Shown: positions 55,973-64,000 of the stretch, in pieces
Layout: each line of letters opens with the position of its first letter
How positions within the stretch are numbered: position 1 is the first letter of the stretch
Assembly: GCA_964597045.1 (NCBI GenBank)
Contig: CAZQWE010000002.1
Span: 181,175-245,174 of the forward strand
Length of the DNA: 64,000 nucleotides
Reading direction: 5' to 3'
Origin: an uncultured Alphaproteobacteria bacterium
Lineage (GTDB): Bacteria > Pseudomonadota > Alphaproteobacteria > UBA9655
Position numbers and translations under genes: made by a program
Notes under the pieces: generated by a model
Databases searched by the model: none
Seen by the model: the letters and a program-made list of their open reading frames with translations, nothing else
Told to the model about the DNA's origin: nothing

Positions 55973-56281
55973 ATGAAACTATTCTATGTTACCCTAAACA
56001 CAGAGGAAGAAGTTAAAAAAATCAGTTTAGATTTACTTGAACGACGTGTAGCCGTTTGTACAAATTGGTGGCCCATCAATTGTCTTTACAGATGGGAAGG
56101 GGAAATCAAACAAGAGCAAGAGTTTGTCATGATTGTAAAAACACAAGAAGACAAGAGAGAAGAAATAGAGAAAATCTTGAGTAGCCATATAACTTATACA
56201 AATTTTATTGCTGAAATTGATGTGAACTCAGTGAATGAAAAGTTTGCTTCATGGCTTAATACTGAAGTAAAGGATGCCTAA
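55973..56281 (+). CDS. cutA: divalent-cation tolerance protein CutA
   Basis: 102 aa. VAVCTNWWP.....YRWEGEI...E..MIVKT pattern. Confidence 0.8.
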   Translation: MKLFYVTLNTEEEVKKISLDLLERRVAVCTNWWPINCLYRWEGEIKQEQEFVMIVKTQEDKREEIEKILSSHITYTNFIAEIDVNSVNEKFASWLNTEVKDA

Positions 56282-56771
56282 ATTTAAGATGTTGAAAATT
56301 TTTTTATGTTTATTTGTCCTCAATAACTCTTACAATATGGTTATGGCAAAGGAAGTTGAAGCTATCGATTTAATACTTATTGAAAAAAGCAAACGGCTGA
56401 TGAGTGTTTTTCATAATAATAAACTGATAAAAACATATAAAATTGCTTTGGGGTTCTCTCCCATCGGACATAAAACCAAAGAAGGAGATGGAAAAACGCC
56501 GGAAGGGAATTACTTTATTGCGGGTAAAAATCAGGCCAGCAAGTTTCATTTATCATTAAAGATTTCCTACCCAAATGAAAAGGATTGTAAGGCTTCAGCA
56601 AACCCTGGAGGAGACATTATGATCCACGGACTCAAACCAACTTTTTCATGGCTTGGTTGTCTGCATACCTTTATGGATTGGACAAAGGGTTGTGTGGCTG
56701 TTACCAATGAGGAAATTACTGAGATATTTAATGCCACACCCATTGGGACAAGAGTTGAACTCAGACCATAG
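56274..56771 (+). CDS. L,D-transpeptidase-fold protein (YkuD domain, YafK-like)
   Basis: Signal peptide. IDLILIEKSKRLMSVF...YKIALGFSPIGHKTKEGDGKTPEGNYFI...IMIHG...DWTKGCVAVTNEEI. The 5' end overlaps cutA by 8 nt. Confidence 0.8.
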   Translation: MPKFKMLKIFLCLFVLNNSYNMVMAKEVEAIDLILIEKSKRLMSVFHNNKLIKTYKIALGFSPIGHKTKEGDGKTPEGNYFIAGKNQASKFHLSLKISYPNEKDCKASANPGGDIMIHGLKPTFSWLGCLHTFMDWTKGCVAVTNEEITEIFNATPIGTRVELRP

Positions 56772-56893
56772 CTCCTAAGAGCTAGAAAATCCCTCACTTC
56801 TTTTACTCTATTATTATTGATTTTATTGTTTTTTTATAGTATAATTATTATGTGAAATGTGAGATAAATGTTAATAAGTTGTTAGAGATTTAA

Positions 56894-58948
56894 ATGATTC
56901 GATATTTGCTAACTATTCTTCCATTATTATCTTCAGCTGCCACAGCAGGTGTCGTTGTTAAAGGGTTACCGAACTTAAGTGAAAATGATAAAAGAGAAGT
57001 GTTTCGCACCCTCATTAAAAGAAAGCATGATCTTGAAAAATCAGATGAAATAAATGCTGATTTAAAAAAAAGTCTTCCTGGAAAGAATGTTGAAGCTTAT
57101 TGGGTACCTGACACTTTGTATCAAACAGTGCAGGCTTATTTTGATGTGGAAGGAATAGGCGATTATCATGAAGGGATGATTAAGCACTTAAAGTCAGGAA
57201 CAACCCCTCAGGTTTGGAAAAAAATGAAGGAAGAAAAAGCTTTCTTGATGCACGGCACTTTCCCAACCCGTCTTGAAGATTTTGAAAATTCGACCCCATC
57301 AATTGTTAAAGATTGGGCACGTTTTAATGAGGAAATCGATAAAAGACTCAAACAATTCGGTTATTCAGTAAACAATCCTCATACAGTTTTAGATAGAATT
57401 ATTGAAGAAGGAGATAAATTTAACCGCCTTGAAAAAAGAATAACTCCGAGTGATCTACGGAAACAAAAAGAGCACTTAAAAAAGAATGTAAATTTTCTAA
57501 AACATGCTTTAACTGTGGAAGTTGAAGCCCACAAAGCTGGGAAATTGCTTTTATGGAGATATGCACAAGCCCTTCCAAATAACATTCCTGACCTTCCCTA
57601 TGAAATAAAGCCCGGAGATATTCATGTAACCTTAAAGAGCCCACTCAAATTTCATGCAGCTGTTGCGGATAGAATTTCCTACGCCAACCGTCTCCTCGAG
57701 GGTTACTTTGGTGATGGAGTAATCTCAGAACAACCGTATAGCCGATTTACAGCACCCGCTTGCACTTTTTCATTTCTGGCAAATGATTTGAGTATTATGG
57801 GTAAGGGCCAGAAAATTAAAGATGCTATTGTTTACTCTCTTGCTGTGAATCCAGAAGAATTACATGATTTATATGAAAAAAGTTATCTTTATTACCCAAG
57901 AGCACATATGCCTCAGCATTCAGGATTGTATGGAGCTGGTGAAGCTTTTCATGCTAGTTGGCTTTTAAATACTCAAGACCCAGAGAACACCAAAAAATGG
58001 TTGTCTTTAATGAGCAGTGATGCCCTTCAAGTTCATTACATTAACAATGCAATACAAGAGGATTTTAAAGGCAATGCAGATACTGCAAGGTTAAAGAAGA
58101 TCTATGCTGATTTTCTAGAGCTTACGAGTAAACAGTCCTTGGTAAAACGTCTAGGTATAGAGTGGACTCCCAATGTACAATCCGTTCAAGACCAAGGAAA
58201 TGGAGCTTTCAAAATTACAACAAAGATGAATCAGAACGCTGATTATCAAGCTGAATCTAAAAGAATACCCGTAACACCTGGTCAGAAAATTGCAGTGAAA
58301 TATAAAGTAAACGTCATAGATGGAGTTATTTCACTTGGATTTTTAAAGACAAACCGTGGTGGCTGGTATGGTAAGGAACTTATCTTAGACAAAGTAGGAC
58401 TTCACGAAGGAATTTACGAATGTGAAGTACCTGAAGGAGAAAAACTGACCTCTCTTGTCTTAAGAGATTATCACTTACCGAATAACCCGGGAAATTCAAC
58501 CTTTGTTGTACAGGATTTAGATATACTTGAAGAAGCGAATGCTAAAACTTCCTTTGTAGAACGTTTAGATATGAAGTGGACTCCCAATGTACAATCACGG
58601 GAAGACCAAGGAAATGGAGCCATCAAAGTTAAAACAAAGGCAAATCAGAGCGCTGATTATCAAGCTGAATCTAAAAGAATCAATGTAACACCAGGACATA
58701 AAATTAGAGTAAAATATAAACTGAACGTCATGAAGGGCGTTATTTCACTTGGATTTTTAAATACAAACCGTAATGGCTGGTATGGAAACGAACTGCTCTT
58801 AAAAGAAGGAAGTCACGAAGGTGTTTACGAAAGTGAAGTACCCCCAGGAGAAAAGGTGACTTCACTTGTCTTACGTGATTACCATTTACCGGACAATCCC
58901 GGGGATTCAACCTTTGTTGTAGAAGATTTAGAATTTGATGACAAATGA
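56894..58948 (+). CDS. secreted hypothetical protein, 684 aa, with a tandemly duplicated 138-aa C-terminal domain
   Basis: Signal peptide (LLTILPLLSSAATAG). Two copies of WTPNVQS..DQGNGA.K..TK.NQ.ADYQAESKRI.VTPG.KI.VKYK.NV..GVISLGFL.TNR.GWYG...HEG.YE.EVP.GEK.TSLVLRDYHLP.NPG.STFVV.DL. The period is 414 nt. Confidence 0.65.
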   Translation: MIRYLLTILPLLSSAATAGVVVKGLPNLSENDKREVFRTLIKRKHDLEKSDEINADLKKSLPGKNVEAYWVPDTLYQTVQAYFDVEGIGDYHEGMIKHLKSGTTPQVWKKMKEEKAFLMHGTFPTRLEDFENSTPSIVKDWARFNEEIDKRLKQFGYSVNNPHTVLDRIIEEGDKFNRLEKRITPSDLRKQKEHLKKNVNFLKHALTVEVEAHKAGKLLLWRYAQALPNNIPDLPYEIKPGDIHVTLKSPLKFHAAVADRISYANRLLEGYFGDGVISEQPYSRFTAPACTFSFLANDLSIMGKGQKIKDAIVYSLAVNPEELHDLYEKSYLYYPRAHMPQHSGLYGAGEAFHASWLLNTQDPENTKKWLSLMSSDALQVHYINNAIQEDFKGNADTARLKKIYADFLELTSKQSLVKRLGIEWTPNVQSVQDQGNGAFKITTKMNQNADYQAESKRIPVTPGQKIAVKYKVNVIDGVISLGFLKTNRGGWYGKELILDKVGLHEGIYECEVPEGEKLTSLVLRDYHLPNNPGNSTFVVQDLDILEEANAKTSFVERLDMKWTPNVQSREDQGNGAIKVKTKANQSADYQAESKRINVTPGHKIRVKYKLNVMKGVISLGFLNTNRNGWYGNELLLKEGSHEGVYESEVPPGEKVTSLVLRDYHLPDNPGDSTFVVEDLEFDDK

Positions 58949-58988
58949 GTTAGTTAACCTGAGTTTTGGATAAGCGATAAAAAATTTG

Positions 58989-59041
58989 GTAGGCTAAGCT
59001 CCCTTCTTATTTTTAGAACGTTTAAGAACGGCTTAGCCTAC
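58989..59041. repeat. 11-bp perfect inverted repeat (GTAGGCTAAGC ... GCTTAGCCTAC) with a 31-nt loop between convergent genes
   Basis: Arms at 58989-58999 and 59031-59041. The loop contains a direct repeat AGAACG x2. It may be a bidirectional terminator. Confidence 0.45.
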
Positions 59042-59048
59042 GTTACAT

Positions 59049-59708
59049 TTAAATTTTTTGTGGGAACTTAGCTCGTTGAGGGGCTTTATGAACCATTGTA
59101 TAAGCGTAATCTACACCCATTCCATAGACCCCACTATGTTCTGTTACAATGTTGATAACAGCGTCATACGTTTCCGCATTGGCCCAGTCTCTTTGGTACT
59201 CAAGAAGGACTTGCTGCCATGTGACTGGACAGCATCCGGCTTGGATCATTCGCTGAATGCCCATGTCATGTGCTTCTCGGGTGGTGCCGCCAGAGCAATC
59301 GGTAACAATATAGACTTCATATCCTTCAGCCTTTGCCGTCAAAGCCGGTAAAGCTAAGCAAACTTCTGTCCAAAGACCCGACATGATTAACTTTTTGCGG
59401 CCGGTCTGGCGGACAGCCTTGACAAAGTTTTCATTTTCCATAGCATTCATGGTAGTTCGTTCAATGGGTTGCTGACGTGCAGCATCGAGCAACTCTGGCC
59501 AGACATATCCACTAAAGCTCTCAGTTGCAATGCAACTAAGAATTATAGGGACTTTAAAGATGCTTCCTGTTTTAGCCAGAGCCACAACATTGTTTTTCAA
59601 TAATTGGCAATCGATATTGGTGACTCCAAAAGCCATTTGAGGTTGGTGATCACAAAAAATAATTGCGGAATTTTGGGGATTGAGAAGTTCTTTTTCTGCA
59701 AATGACAT
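59049..59708 (-). CDS. isochorismatase-family hydrolase (YcaC-like)
   Basis: Collinear similarity to E. coli YcaC as I recall it (DHQ...NNV.AL...F..P.IL....NENFVKAV..TGRKKLI..G..TEVC.A.PAL.A...G..V..VTD.SG...R..QAG......E..RDW). Confidence 0.8.
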   Translation of the reverse strand: MSFAEKELLNPQNSAIIFCDHQPQMAFGVTNIDCQLLKNNVVALAKTGSIFKVPIILSCIATESFSGYVWPELLDAARQQPIERTTMNAMENENFVKAVRQTGRKKLIMSGLWTEVCLALPALTAKAEGYEVYIVTDCSGGTTREAHDMGIQRMIQAGCCPVTWQQVLLEYQRDWANAETYDAVINIVTEHSGVYGMGVDYAYTMVHKAPQRAKFPQKI

Positions 59709-59775
59709 GATGTCCTCCTTAAGTGTTTATGCCTTTACAGTATTGAAAAAAAAAATTAAAATTTTATTAATGTAA

Positions 59776-60237
59776 TTAACCTTTTTGTCTCATGAGCCTC
59801 CCCTTTTCGCGCTCCCAGTCACGAGCCTTTTCAACTGTACGTTTGTCAGCCTTTTTCTTACCCGATGCAAGACCAAGCTCAACTTTCGCAATACCTCGCA
59901 CATTGAAATATAAGGAAACAGGGACAAGCGTCATCCCCTTCTTCCGAATGGAAGCTAAAAGCTTGTTGAGTTCGCGCCTGCGAAGCAATAACTTCCGAGG
60001 CCTGCGGGGTTCATGGTTAAAGAGACTCGCTTCATTATAAATGGGAATATAAGCATTAATAAGAAAGAGCTCCTCTCCTTCAGCGGAAGCATAGGATTCA
60101 GCGATACTGCCCTCCCCTGCCCGCAAAGATTTGACTTCACTACCCACAAGGACAATCCCTGCTTCGATTGTCTCTTCGATATAGTAATCGAATCGCGCCC
60201 TTTTATTAACAGCTATGACTTTTCTTTTGGAAGTCAT
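59776..60237 (-). CDS. smpB: SsrA-binding protein SmpB
   Basis: [29 protein letters not shown], plus a basic C-terminal tail. Confidence 0.95.
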   Translation of the reverse strand: MTSKRKVIAVNKRARFDYYIEETIEAGIVLVGSEVKSLRAGEGSIAESYASAEGEELFLINAYIPIYNEASLFNHEPRRPRKLLLRRRELNKLLASIRKKGMTLVPVSLYFNVRGIAKVELGLASGKKKADKRTVEKARDWEREKGRLMRQKG

Positions 60238-61133
60238 TGCTCCCTCACGGCTCGAATGGGTTTTAACAGCCCCAGGTGCTCAAGAGCTTTTTCAATGGCT
60301 TCCTGTGTCGAAAGTTTGAGAGGAGCAAAGGGAAGTCTCGTTTCAAGAGACACACCGTGAACTAAAGCCATTGCAAATTTAATAGGTGCTGGATTCGTCT
60401 CAAGGGCAAGGGCAGCCAGAAAAGGATACATAGCAATCCATTGGGCATTAAAGGATATAAGATCATTCGTCTCCCATGCCTTCATTAAATTGACAAATAG
60501 ATGGGGTGCCACATTTGAGGCAACCATAAAACCACCATGACCACCCATCGCCAAGTGAGCTGCAAAAGGGTCATCATTTCCTGCAAGAAGGGAAACTTTG
60601 TCTCCAAGTTGACACTTTAGAGCTGATATTCGTTGAAGACCTAGACCTGACTCCTTGTAACCCCTAATATTTTTAAAGGAAGCAAGGGAAACAAGAGTGT
60701 CAAAAGATATGTCAACTCCCGTACGGGTTGGATTATTGTAGACGACAATTGGAATATCAATGGCATCATTGATCATTTTAAAATGCTGATAAAGACTTTC
60801 TTGAGACGGCTTTACATACCAGGGTGTCATCACAAGAACCGCATCAGCGCCTGCTTTCTGAGCGTATTGGCTTTGTCGAATTGTTTGTTCTGTGGTGATC
60901 GCTCCTGTACCAACAATAAGCTGAGCTCTACCCTTACATACCTTAACACAGGTAGCAATAATCTGATGTTGCTCTGGATCAGAGAGGGTAATGAACTCAC
61001 CTGTCGTTCCACAAGGAACAACACCCTTCATGCCAGCTTCAATTTGAAAATTTACGAGTTCTGCTAGTTTTTTTTCATCTACCTTCCCGCCTGCAAATGG
61101 TGTAATGATTGCAGTATAAACGCCTTTTAACAT
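60234..61133 (-). CDS. dapA: 4-hydroxy-tetrahydrodipicolinate synthase
   Basis: [27 protein letters not shown] and the active-site Lys region (IRGYKES). 4-nt overlap with smpB. Confidence 0.9.
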   Translation of the reverse strand: MLKGVYTAIITPFAGGKVDEKKLAELVNFQIEAGMKGVVPCGTTGEFITLSDPEQHQIIATCVKVCKGRAQLIVGTGAITTEQTIRQSQYAQKAGADAVLVMTPWYVKPSQESLYQHFKMINDAIDIPIVVYNNPTRTGVDISFDTLVSLASFKNIRGYKESGLGLQRISALKCQLGDKVSLLAGNDDPFAAHLAMGGHGGFMVASNVAPHLFVNLMKAWETNDLISFNAQWIAMYPFLAALALETNPAPIKFAMALVHGVSLETRLPFAPLKLSTQEAIEKALEHLGLLKPIRAVREQ

Positions 61134-61160
61134 GATAAGTTCTCCAATAGGGATTAAATA

Positions 61161-63107
61161 ATGATGAACATACCTCTCTTTGATAAGCTCTACAAGGGTT
61201 TCTCACTAACATTGTTTCTTACTTCAAGCCTTTACGCAGTAACCCCTTCTCAAGAATTAGCTTCATGTAAATCAGCTTTACTCGCCCAACTCAATGAACA
61301 AAAGCGACTTCCCGTCAAGGGTTGCCCTGTTTCTCAAAAACTTATCCTATGGCTGGGAACCTTAAGAGATCCCTCACAGTTTTCACCCCAGGAATTGACT
61401 AGCTTTTTTAACTCTCATCAAGAATGGCCTCAACATGCAAAGCTTTGCGGAAAAGCTGAAGAAGTCATTGCACAGAGAGGTACGGCGTCCGAAATTCTCA
61501 ATTGGTTTGGAAAGAATCCTCCCCAAACACCAGAAGGTGTTATGGCCTATGCCAAGACCTTAAGGTCTCAAAAGCAAGTGGAAAAAGCCAATAAAGTGAT
61601 TTCAACAGCTTGGCGAACCATGGATCTTTCCAAGGCGGATGAAAAAAAGATCTTGAGTTTATTTGGTCATTTTCTTCAAGAAAAGGATCATATCGCTAGA
61701 GTTCAATATCTCTTATGGAATGAGGATGTGGAGGCGGCCAAACGCAACCTAAACCATGTTCCCGTCTCCATTCGTAAAATTGCTGAAGCCAGGATTGCGT
61801 TTTTGGGGGGAAGACCTGATGCTCTTCAAAAAATGAAAGCGCTGCCAGCAAATTCTCAACTAGATGAGGGACTGTTGTATGAGGCAACCAAATGGCACAG
61901 AAAGAAAGGAAACTTTCAAGATGCGGCTAATATCCTGATCAAAACATCTTCAAGCACCGCTCATGCTGACAAATGGTGGAAAGAAAGAAATTATATTGCC
62001 CGCGAATTCATGGGAATGAAAAAGTATACGACGGCCCATGATGTCATTAAAAAGAACGGACTCACGCCAGATACGGATAGTTATTCAGATGCCAAATGGC
62101 TTATGGGTTGGCTCGATTTGCGTTTTCGAAAAAACCCAAATGAGGCCCGACAACACTTTGAATCCATGTTTTCAAACGTTGAGGGAGCTATTAGCAAAGC
62201 TCGTGCAGCCTATTGGGTGGGCCGTGTTTATGAAGCTCAAGGCAACCTTACCATGGCAACTAAATGGTATAAGCAAGGAGCGCATTACAAAACCACTTAT
62301 TATGGTCAATTAGCGGCAGCTAAAATCAAAGAACCTGCTTACCCAGCGCTTGCCTCAAATACAGCTTCTTCTGATGAGAAAAAACGCTTTGATAACAAGG
62401 AACTTGTTAAAGCCGCTTATATCCTCAAGGGACTAGGGGCCCCCGCAAAACATGAGCTCAACAAGTTTCTTCTCCAAATTGGAGCTCAAGCAAAGACAAA
62501 AAGTGAGCGAGAGTTATCGGTTCATTTGGCTCATGCCCTTGCCCCAAAAGACGTTGTGTGGGCTGCAAAAAAGGCAGGTTATGCTGAACCTGTTCTTCTG
62601 AGGAAAGCCTTCCCAACCTATGCTATTCCAAAGAGAGGACAAACGGTCCCCGAAGAAGCTTTTGTTATGGCGGTGATTTATCAGGAAACACGGTTTGACC
62701 CCTCAGCTATCAGCTCAGCAGGAGCCATGGGACTTATGCAACTTCTTCCAGAAACCGCGTCGCATGAAGCAAAACGACTTGGTGTCAAGAATAGCAAAAA
62801 CATGTTGCTAAACCCTCAGCATAATCTGTTCCTTGGAACAGCTCATCTCTCCCGAATGCTCAACAATTTTGATAATTCATATCTCCTAACAGCAATTGCT
62901 TACAATGCAGGACCAAACGTTGCCAGACGGTGGGTTAAGGAGCTCGGCGATCCTCGAAGTGGGAAAGTCGATATCATCGACTGGGTCGAACTCATACCCT
63001 ACTATGAAACGCGAAACTATGTCATGCGAGTGCTTGAAAACGTCACGAACTACCGCAGTTTGCAAGGGAAGCCAAAACAAACACTCGTTCAGGATTTGAA
63101 GCGTTAA
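61161..63107 (+). CDS. slt: soluble lytic murein transglycosylase (Slt family)
   Basis: Signal peptide and a superhelical N-terminal region. Catalytic motif IYQETRFDPSAISSAGAMGLMQLLP ... AYNAGP. Confidence 0.85.
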   Translation: MMNIPLFDKLYKGFSLTLFLTSSLYAVTPSQELASCKSALLAQLNEQKRLPVKGCPVSQKLILWLGTLRDPSQFSPQELTSFFNSHQEWPQHAKLCGKAEEVIAQRGTASEILNWFGKNPPQTPEGVMAYAKTLRSQKQVEKANKVISTAWRTMDLSKADEKKILSLFGHFLQEKDHIARVQYLLWNEDVEAAKRNLNHVPVSIRKIAEARIAFLGGRPDALQKMKALPANSQLDEGLLYEATKWHRKKGNFQDAANILIKTSSSTAHADKWWKERNYIAREFMGMKKYTTAHDVIKKNGLTPDTDSYSDAKWLMGWLDLRFRKNPNEARQHFESMFSNVEGAISKARAAYWVGRVYEAQGNLTMATKWYKQGAHYKTTYYGQLAAAKIKEPAYPALASNTASSDEKKRFDNKELVKAAYILKGLGAPAKHELNKFLLQIGAQAKTKSERELSVHLAHALAPKDVVWAAKKAGYAEPVLLRKAFPTYAIPKRGQTVPEEAFVMAVIYQETRFDPSAISSAGAMGLMQLLPETASHEAKRLGVKNSKNMLLNPQHNLFLGTAHLSRMLNNFDNSYLLTAIAYNAGPNVARRWVKELGDPRSGKVDIIDWVELIPYYETRNYVMRVLENVTNYRSLQGKPKQTLVQDLKR

Positions 63108-63168
63108 CGAATATTTAGATAATTCTATATTAGTATTTCTTCTTAAACACTTTGACAGGAGAAATACA

Positions 63169-63585
63169 ATGAATAAAATTCTATGCACATCTTTTGTTTT
63201 GGGAGCATTTGTCTCGTATACAGCACAGGCAACAACCCTTGGCCCTGCCATGCCAAAGAATTTATCACCACAGATTATTGAAGCACGTGGTGGTCATGGG
63301 GGTGGAGGTTTTCACGGAGGTGGCCCAGTTGCTGAAAACCCTCATGCTATTGAGCAAAACAACCAACGCACCTTTGAAAACTCAGAAAAGAGCGCACAAA
63401 CAATTAAAAATAATGACCAAAAAGCAATGGGTCAACAAAACACAAACATTTATAATAAATCTAATAATCCAAATGTAAATGTTAACCGCAACCCATATTG
63501 GACTGGATATGGTTACGATGGAGCTCCTGCTGTCGGTCAATACTGTTGGACGGATGCGGCTGGCGTGAGTCATTGCAATTATTAA
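63169..63585 (+). CDS. small secreted Gly/His- and Asn-rich hypothetical protein
   Basis: Signal peptide (SFVLGAFVSYTAQA). GGHGGGGFHGGG tract. N-rich middle. C-terminal C-x11-C-NY. Confidence 0.5.
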   Translation: MNKILCTSFVLGAFVSYTAQATTLGPAMPKNLSPQIIEARGGHGGGGFHGGGPVAENPHAIEQNNQRTFENSEKSAQTIKNNDQKAMGQQNTNIYNKSNNPNVNVNRNPYWTGYGYDGAPAVGQYCWTDAAGVSHCNY

Positions 63586-63693
63586 ATCAATAGGAAAATA
63601 TTCAATCCTATTGAGAATGCAGCCAGATTTTTAACTTGCTTTATAAGAAAGTATCATCTAATATTCCAATGTATTTATGTATTGGAGTATAAG

Positions 63694-63984
63694 ATGGTAT
63701 TTATGCGTAAAGTTCTTCCCCTCACCGGGATTGTGTTCAGTTTGGCTTTTGTTCCGACAGCACACGCCAAAAGCAGATTTAACTTTTCCTTGAACATTGG
63801 ACCACAGCCTTATCCTGTGTATGCACCTTATCCCGTTTACCAACCTTATTACCCAGCGCCTATGTATGCCGTACCTGCACCAGTGCCTGTTCCATATCCT
63901 ATATATAATCGAGGATACTCCCGTATGGTTTGCTCATACGACTATTGGGGAAATCCCTACAACTGCTTCTATGAATATTATTGA
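63694..63984 (+). CDS. small secreted Pro/Tyr-rich hypothetical protein
   Basis: Signal peptide (LPLTGIVFSLAFVPTAHA). PYPVY-type repeats. C-terminal C-x11-C-FYEYY. ATG at 63694 lies 6 nt after GGAG. Confidence 0.5.
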   Translation: MVFMRKVLPLTGIVFSLAFVPTAHAKSRFNFSLNIGPQPYPVYAPYPVYQPYYPAPMYAVPAPVPVPYPIYNRGYSRMVCSYDYWGNPYNCFYEYY

Positions 63985-64000
63985 ATGAGGCATCCACCTT

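Overview
This is an AT-rich chromosome segment of alphaproteobacterial type. From gene content I infer an intracellular or amoeba-associated Rickettsiales/Holosporales-like organism: ALAS-type hemA, Tim44-like and ELM1-like genes, an ISC operon with tandem NifS-like and IscS desulfurases, and many Sel1-repeat and orphan secreted proteins. Housekeeping blocks are tpiA; iscR-nifS-iscS-iscU-iscA-hscB-hscA; dapB-nth-prmC; ihfA; xseA; hemA; bioY; rimP-nusA-infB-rbfA; corA; tRNA-Glu; a DEAD-box helicase; cutA; smpB-dapA; and slt. Accessory material is interspersed among them. The standout region is nt 4703-19557. It holds a tightly coupled SPOR-domain gene plus tssJ-tssK-tssL-tssM-tssA, a type VI secretion membrane-complex/anchor block, with no sheath, tube, spike, TssEFG or ClpV genes visible in the window. 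Immediately downstream are two tandem paralogous genes of about 900 codons, each with a signal peptide. Their N-terminal 700-800 residues have diverged, but their last 105 residues are identical. The DNA there has 188 nt identical, then 8 differences that are all synonymous. That C-terminal module looks like a HicA/YcfA-type small RNA-binding/RNase fold and follows a lysine-rich NLS-like linker. Other notable items: an hscA lacking most of its helical lid, whose stop codon lies in a dispersed 24-27 nt repeat, with no fdx downstream; a near-consensus IscR type-1 box; a compound palindromic MITE-like element; two large Sel1-like repeat proteins; an autotransporter; a small islet next to tRNA-Glu carrying vapBC and a tandem pair of 8-cysteine secreted miniproteins; and a 684-aa secreted protein with a 138-aa tandem domain duplication. 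I saw no CRISPR array, rRNA, transposase or integrase. All family assignments come from motif recognition by eye and need HMM or structure confirmation.
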